From Patescibacteria group bacterium (GTDB lineage Bacteria > Patescibacteriota > Patescibacteriia > JACRDY01), in NCBI GenBank assembly GCA_041653535.1, contig JBAZFH010000002.1, forward strand, positions 7,209-71,208: a stretch of DNA of 64,000 bases. The letters run 5' to 3'. Numbering within the stretch: the first letter of the stretch is position 1; each line of letters opens with the position of its first letter. This document shows, one piece after another, positions 58,784 to 64,000 of the stretch. The notes under the pieces were generated by a model. That model was given only the letters and a program-made list of their open reading frames with translations. It did not search any database and was not told the DNA's origin. The translations under genes and the position numbers were made by a program.

Positions 58784-58834
58784 ATGTCTTAATTTTAGCA
58801 GGTTGATAAGAGGATAGGAAGGTAGGAGAATAGG

Positions 58835-58873
58835 AAAAGAAAAACCCCGTTCTGCACAATGGCGAGAACGGGG
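58835..58873 (-). terminator. terminator, duplicated at 60204-60243
   Basis: ccccgttct...agaacgggg with an A run on + (U run on -). Confidence 0.75.
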
Positions 58874-58892
58874 TAGTATAAGTGTATGGTGG

Positions 58893-59534
58893 CTATTGAA
58901 GTAACATGCGGAGCAGGTCCTGCACCGCGTAGTATTTGGGGTTTATCAACATCAACACCGCGTCGGCGGTGCGACTGAGCGCCCATATAGTGTCGAGAAA
59001 AAGAATAATCAGTGGCAACAGCGTAGCGATAAAACCCCGCCAGCCTTTATCAGTAATACTTCCATCTTCAGAAAAATCGTCGCCATCGGGGTATTTTTTC
59101 CAGAAAATTCGGATTACCCCCATATAGACGATGGAAAGGAGAAATAGTCCCCAGGGAACGACCAAAAGGGAAATCCCCTTGGCGTATTGTTGGCGGACCA
59201 TAATCTCCCACACTTCCGGCGCAACGCCCTCCACCACCTTGGCGATGGTGCCAACGAGATTGCCGATCATATCCAAGGCTTTGTCAGCGATTCCAACAAC
59301 TGTGGTCGGAGTTTGTTGAGGAGGCTCTTTTTCGGTCGGGGTGGTAACGCCAAACATTTCCCCGAGCTCTTTCAAGCTCTCCTTGGCTTCCCCTTTTTGT
59401 TCAGGGGAAAAAACTTGGCCGCCGTCCACGGTAGGGGTTGCCTCCGGTGCCGGAACAGTGCTCGCCACGGCAGCAGCATTGTATGATAAAAACGCGAAGA
59501 CAAAAATAAAGAAAGAAATCATGAAGCGTTTCAT
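58893..59534 (-). CDS. membrane protein, paralog of 60263-60805
   Basis: Signal peptide; KALDMI...PEVWEIMV...INPKYYAVQDLLR. Confidence 0.7.
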   Translation of the reverse strand: MKRFMISFFIFVFAFLSYNAAAVASTVPAPEATPTVDGGQVFSPEQKGEAKESLKELGEMFGVTTPTEKEPPQQTPTTVVGIADKALDMIGNLVGTIAKVVEGVAPEVWEIMVRQQYAKGISLLVVPWGLFLLSIVYMGVIRIFWKKYPDGDDFSEDGSITDKGWRGFIATLLPLIILFLDTIWALSRTADAVLMLINPKYYAVQDLLRMLLQ

Positions 59535-59558
59535 TGGCTTACTCCTTTTACGGTTTAT

Positions 59559-60065
59559 TTAATGGTTTGCCATAAGCTGTTTGAATCTTCCCAGAGCGAC
59601 CGGATTGGATAATCCGACCGCTTCTACGATTGCATTAATATCTTTTTTCTCTCGTTTTTTGCGGAGGTGGGAAACGATCGAAATGTAGAGTTTGTCGGGG
59701 TAGTCTTTTTCCCGCAAAAGATACCCCAAAAATTTACCTAGAAATTCGTTGCTGAAATCCATGACGAGCGGCGGCAGATAGCCGTTATTGAACATAAACG
59801 AAATACCCGCCCTCCTTTTAAGGCTGAATAATACATCCAACCATTTTTGGCTGTCGTTTTTTTTAAGAACGGTTATTGTCTTTACGATCAGGTCTTGAAC
59901 CTCGGCATCCCGCCGTTTTTTTCCAATGAATGCGTAGTGGATGATCCATCCCACTACATAAAGAGCGGGAGCGCCGATGCTGAAAAGCATTGTCCAGCCG
60001 CCGAGCACTTGAAAGGCAATCGCGGAAACCAGAACGTAGGCAACCAAAAGCAACACCTTTTTCAT
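59559..60065 (-). CDS. membrane hypothetical protein
   Basis: Two N-terminal TM segments; SD GGAGG. Confidence 0.65.
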   Translation of the reverse strand: MKKVLLLVAYVLVSAIAFQVLGGWTMLFSIGAPALYVVGWIIHYAFIGKKRRDAEVQDLIVKTITVLKKNDSQKWLDVLFSLKRRAGISFMFNNGYLPPLVMDFSNEFLGKFLGYLLREKDYPDKLYISIVSHLRKKREKKDINAIVEAVGLSNPVALGRFKQLMANH

Positions 60066-60203
60066 TATTCATATCCTCCGTTTTTGTCGGTAGTTTTCAA
60101 AAAACATTCATTTTAGTGAATATGTTACATTATCATATATTAACATTTACGTCAAGGGGAAAAAGGTTGGTTAAATTGTTTATAAAATAAAAAAAACAAA
60201 GAA

Positions 60204-60243
60204 AAAAGAAAAACCCCGTTCTGGCGCGATGGCGAGAACGGGG
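60204..60243 (-). terminator. terminator, duplicated at 58835-58873
   Basis: Same stem ccccgttct/agaacgggg. Confidence 0.75.
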
Positions 60244-60262
60244 CGATGATTGATCTTTGTCC

Positions 60263-60805
60263 CTAACGGATCGCGTTGGACGGATCAAGAGCGATGCGGA
60301 GTAGCTCCTTGGTTGCGTAGTACTCCGCGTTGGTGAGATTCATGACCCCGAACGGGAGCAGAATGAACGCTATAATCCCAGTGATCACCGCCACAACTAG
60401 GAAGAAAACGGTTATAGAGCTCCATTCATGTTCGCCGTTGTCGTTTTTTTTCATGGTTTTTTTGTCTTCCCGACGGCAGAGCACCGCCAGAACGATGAAA
60501 ATGATGGCGGTGATCGGCATTATCGTGCATTCCAGAATCCCAGCGGTCATGGTCTTTTTTACGAACATCATCCAAATCAAGGGGGATTTTTCCTTGATCT
60601 GGGCGCCGACGACCGTCGCCAACTGGTCAATCATGTTGAGCGCCTTCTCCATTGCGTCACCGACCGTTGCCGGGACCTGCTGGGTGGCGGCAGCGGGTTG
60701 CTGCGGCACAGGTGTCGAATTTTCCGCACCCGTAGAGGCAAAACCGATAACGGCGAATGTGAGAATGGCGATAATCGCGATGGTCAGAACCAATGAACGT
60801 TTCAT
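60263..60805 (-). CDS. membrane protein, paralog of 58893-59534
   Basis: KALNMI...PLIWMMFV...LTNAEYYATKELLR. Confidence 0.7.
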   Translation of the reverse strand: MKRSLVLTIAIIAILTFAVIGFASTGAENSTPVPQQPAAATQQVPATVGDAMEKALNMIDQLATVVGAQIKEKSPLIWMMFVKKTMTAGILECTIMPITAIIFIVLAVLCRREDKKTMKKNDNGEHEWSSITVFFLVVAVITGIIAFILLPFGVMNLTNAEYYATKELLRIALDPSNAIR

Positions 60806-60975
60806 CTTTCTCTCCAGTCCAGGGTTTAGATTTGGGGTTTTTTATTGCGGTTTGTTGCTAGTTGTTTAAAAATCAATGATTTATTAGTTTATCATATATT
60901 GATATTTATGTCAATATATTAGCTTAAACCAGCCAAAAAACGACCATTTCTGGTCGTTTCTATAGGGATAACAGT

Positions 60976-62265
60976 TTATTTGATTATTTCCTTTTTCAGA
61001 TGCTCGATCACCTTGCGGTTGGTTAGGGATGTTGCTAGATAGCGGCGATATCCCGGAGATGATAGATTATCTGCAACTTCCGGACTTTGACCATAAACTT
61101 TTTTTATTTCTTCCAGCTCTTTATCTATTTCCTCATCGGTTGCCCAAAGTTTATTTTGATCCGCCACCTTGCGGGCAATCAGTGCTGTCTGGACGCGTTT
61201 TTTTGCTTCCGGCAGTATTTCTTTCTCCAGTTCTTGCTCGGTCTTTTTTAGATGTTTCAGATAATCTTCAAACTTTAATCCTTGATGTTCAATACTGTGT
61301 TCCAGCTCATGAATCATTTTGTGCGCTTCCGCATGGATCATGCTTTCCGGCAGTTCGGAAAATTTAGCTATTTTAATCAACTCATCCAGCATTTCTATTT
61401 CTTGTTTTTGGTTTTCCTTTTCCTCTGCTTCATGGAGTAGATTGTGTTCGATACCTTTTCTTACGTCTTCGATTGTTTGGTAGCCACCGAGAGTCTTGGC
61501 AAAGTCATTATTTAGTTCCGGCAACTCGCGTTTGAAAGTTTCTTTTACTTCCACTTTAAATTTAGCGAGTTTGCCTGCTAGATTTTTGGCATGATAGTCT
61601 TCCGGAAAGCGCAGCTCAAATTCTTTATTTTCATTTTGTGACATGCCGACTATTTGTTCTTCAAATCCTGGGATAAAGCGACCTTCGCCAATAACCAACG
61701 GAAAGTTTTTGCTTGAGCCGCCTTCGATAGCCACGCCGTCGACAAAAACGTCAAAATTCACATTAACTTTGTCGCCCTTTTCCAGCGGACCGAGTTTAAC
61801 GGTTTCTTTGGCGTGAATGTTTTGTAGGTTGGTTAAAATCGTTTCAATTTCTTTAGAATCAATCTTAACGTCTTTTTTGGCAACTTTAATTTTTGAATAA
61901 TCGTCGAGAGTTACTTCCGGCAGCAGGGTGATGATGGCTTTGTAAACCAAAGGATTGTCTGGAGCCATTTTCTCGATATTTATTTGTGGTGATCCAACCA
62001 CGTCGGTGTTAGGCAGCTCTTTTTCCAGAACTTCATAAAGGGTTTTGCCGATTATGTTGTCAGCAGCATGTTGGTAGATAGTCATTTCACCCACTTCTTT
62101 TTTTACCACGTCATAAGGCGCTTTACCCGGGCGAAACCCGGCAATACTTTTCTCAGTAGAAATAATTTCCGCGGCCTTGATCAGATAAGGTTTGGTTTCT
62201 TCGGGAGACACTTCAATGGTAAATTCGATCTGGGCTTTGGATAGTTCTTTTTTAGAGATATTCAT
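60976..62265 (-). CDS. tig: trigger factor
   Basis: GFRPGKAP; FKBP domain FIPGFEEQIVGM, FPEDYHA. Confidence 0.97.
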   Translation of the reverse strand: MNISKKELSKAQIEFTIEVSPEETKPYLIKAAEIISTEKSIAGFRPGKAPYDVVKKEVGEMTIYQHAADNIIGKTLYEVLEKELPNTDVVGSPQINIEKMAPDNPLVYKAIITLLPEVTLDDYSKIKVAKKDVKIDSKEIETILTNLQNIHAKETVKLGPLEKGDKVNVNFDVFVDGVAIEGGSSKNFPLVIGEGRFIPGFEEQIVGMSQNENKEFELRFPEDYHAKNLAGKLAKFKVEVKETFKRELPELNNDFAKTLGGYQTIEDVRKGIEHNLLHEAEEKENQKQEIEMLDELIKIAKFSELPESMIHAEAHKMIHELEHSIEHQGLKFEDYLKHLKKTEQELEKEILPEAKKRVQTALIARKVADQNKLWATDEEIDKELEEIKKVYGQSPEVADNLSSPGYRRYLATSLTNRKVIEHLKKEIIK

Positions 62266-62269
62266 AAAT

Positions 62270-62301
62270 TAGTGGATAGCAGCTAGTGGCTAGCAGCTAG
62301 G
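62270..62301. repeat. heptamer array TAGYRGC (left arm)
   Basis: tagtgga tagcagc tagtggc tagcagc tagg. Confidence 0.7.
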
Positions 62302-62387
62302 GTTTAATAATATTTAATAAAAAGTTTAGCAATATTTAATGTTTTATTTGTTATTTTTGTGGTATCTAACTAATATTTGTAAAGCGT

Positions 62388-62764
62388 ATGAACAAAAATC
62401 TTGTAAGGATTTAATTGTTTGGCAGAAAGCGATCAGGTTAACCGTAGAGGTCTACAAGCTAACCGAGTCTTTTCCAAAAAATGAGCTGTTTGGTCTGACA
62501 TCGCAAATGCGTCGGGCTGCCGTATCAATAGTTTCTAATATAGCCGAGGGCTATGAGAGAAGGAGTCAAAGAGAGTTTTTAAGGTTTTTATTAATATCCT
62601 TTGGTTCGGCTGCCGAACTAGAAACGCAAATGATAATTGCCAAGAGCTTAAAGTATAGCAATCAAAAGGCTTTTGTAGAGTCAGAGCAGTTGCTATCGGA
62701 AACCTCCAAGATAACTTTCGCTTTTATCAAAAAGATTAAACTCCGGTTATTTCCTAGCCGCTAG
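62388..62764 (+). pseudogene. four helix bundle protein, probable 1-nt frameshift after the start codon
   Basis: KDLIVWQKA...FPKNELFGLTSQMRRAAVSIVSNIAEG...GSAAELETQ; the natural ATG 62388 (MNK) is +1 out of frame across an A5 run. The in-frame ATG 62339 gives an atypical N-terminus. Confidence 0.7.
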
Positions 62765-62784
62765 CTACTAGTCACTAGTAGCTA
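62753..62784. repeat. heptamer array, inverted relative to 62270-62301
   Basis: cctagccgctagctactagtcactag. Confidence 0.7.
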
Positions 62785-62799
62785 TTTTTTAGTGAGCCT

Positions 62800-62828
62800 A
62801 GTTTAGCAAAGGAAAGAAAGAAAGGCAA
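62800..62828 (-). promoter_or_regulatory. putative tig promoter
   Basis: TTGCCT-17-TAAACT with TG extension on the minus strand. Confidence 0.5.
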
Positions 62829-62854
62829 TATCAGGTAAAAAAAGAAGCGGTCGA

Positions 62855-63136
62855 TTATACGACCGCTTTTAAATTTGGTGTTTCTTTTGCCGCCACTGGC
62901 GGTAGTTTTTCCAGCATTTGGTTTTCCGACAATATCTGGAAAAAATTAATAATCGCCGCGTTGTTGTCGAGATGACCCCGCCGGATAGCGTCCAGGGTAC
63001 TGGGGATATTAACATCGCCACCCCTGGTTTTAATTATGCCGTTGTGCACGGCTAGCCTCTCGGGAATTTTTTTATTGGCTACCAGCCAATCTAACAGTTC
63101 CTCCAATGGTAATATACTGAGCTGTAGTTTTGACAT
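62855..63136 (-). CDS. hypothetical protein
   Basis: SD AGGGGAG before MSKLQL. Confidence 0.55.
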   Translation of the reverse strand: MSKLQLSILPLEELLDWLVANKKIPERLAVHNGIIKTRGGDVNIPSTLDAIRRGHLDNNAAIINFFQILSENQMLEKLPPVAAKETPNLKAVV

Positions 63137-63340
63137 TTTATTCTCCCCTTTTCTAGAATAGCAGTTTGAATAAGATACTATATTTGTCAATTTTAGTCAA
63201 GTTTATATAATGGTTAAATAATTTTTTATATTAGTACTTGTATTGACAAAATTTTTTTAAGGTGTTTAAATAAAAGGTCAATAGCATAAAAAATTGTCTG
63301 TTGATGATCTTTTTAACTTTTTAACAAGAGGAGAGGAAAG

Positions 63341-64000
63341 ATGAACCGTTTGTTGATTACTGCAATGGTTGTGATTTTTTTGGTCGTGGGTTTCTCGACA
63401 ATGGTTTTTGCTCAGGACATGAGTGTTCGCGTTCGTTATCTGAACGGCGCGGTCGACCAGGTCGCGGCTTTTGGCGATTGGCGACTCAACGACGTCGTGT
63501 CCGTCGGTCCTTGGGTTTTTGGTAGCGTGACGCAGGTTGAACTTGATGCTGCCGTCAAGGTGAAGCTCGGTAAGAGCGGATTATGGGCGATGCCGGCGTT
63601 TGGTGTTATTTCTGATCCGGTCTCCGGCGCTGCTGTTTATTTGGTGGAAGACCTGATCGTCGGATACAATCAACCTTGGGTTGAGGTCCAGTCGCAGAAT
63701 CTTTTTTCTGATTCTGTCCGATTTGATACGGGTAGTGTTTTTTTTGAACGGGCGTGGGTGCTGTTTGGCAACGCCGATGTAACTCATGTGAAAATCGGCG
63801 CGCAGGTCGAGACGTTTGCGCCGCAAGACATCGACGACAAATTTTTGCGGGCGACAAATAAAGTCGGTCCCAAAGTGTCATTTTTTTTCGCGCCGATGCG
63901 GTTCGATTTCTGGTACGGGCTGGTCACCAACGACCCGACGCCAGACGTGGAAAACGATACCAAACCTACGACTATGTTCTGGGTTTGGGTAAACTTCCCT
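63341..64000 (+). CDS. secreted beta-strand-rich protein (possible beta-barrel), runs to the right edge
   Basis: Not in the ORF track; 220 open codons from ATG 63341 with SD GAGGAG and signal peptide ending VFA-QD. Confidence 0.75.
   Translation, partial: MNRLLITAMVVIFLVVGFSTMVFAQDMSVRVRYLNGAVDQVAAFGDWRLNDVVSVGPWVFGSVTQVELDAAVKVKLGKSGLWAMPAFGVISDPVSGAAVYLVEDLIVGYNQPWVEVQSQNLFSDSVRFDTGSVFFERAWVLFGNADVTHVKIGAQVETFAPQDIDDKFLRATNKVGPKVSFFFAPMRFDFWYGLVTNDPTPDVENDTKPTTMFWVWVNFP

Noticed and set aside
45282-62764. Diversity-generating retroelement suggested by Avd-like four-helix genes
   Set aside because: No reverse transcriptase and no TR/VR pair with adenine-specific mismatches seen in the window.

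Overview
AT-rich bacterial chromosome segment that spans the replication origin (dnaN-oriC-dnaA divergent from rpmH-rnpA-yidD). It also carries ruvB, yebC, ruvC, a PBP1A, nfo, tig, a Wzx/O-antigen-ligase/GT-C glycosylation set and three tRNAs (Ser-CGA, Leu-TAA, Gly-GCC). Gene content and SD-less core genes suggest a Patescibacteria/CPR (Parcubacteria-like) genome; this is an inference. Features that an ORF list does not explain: (1) an unclassified ~295-nt, highly structured RNA with kissing-loop/pseudoknot potential, its own promoter and terminator, upstream of ruvB; (2) two tandem recombinase-less cassettes at the tRNA-Ser 3' end, joined by att-like sites with serine-integrase geometry, each starting with the same orphan protein C-terminus; (3) four-helix-bundle (IVS/Avd-like) genes bracketed by inverted heptamer arrays, plus several empty arrays; (4) a Com-like Zn-ribbon/PAS-PAS regulator next to a terminator-containing leader of a giant S74-chaperone surface protein; (5) a recurrent promoter-boxA-SD architecture seen on accessory genes; (6) a probable beta-barrel protein at the right edge. 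All calls were made by eye, with no database searches.
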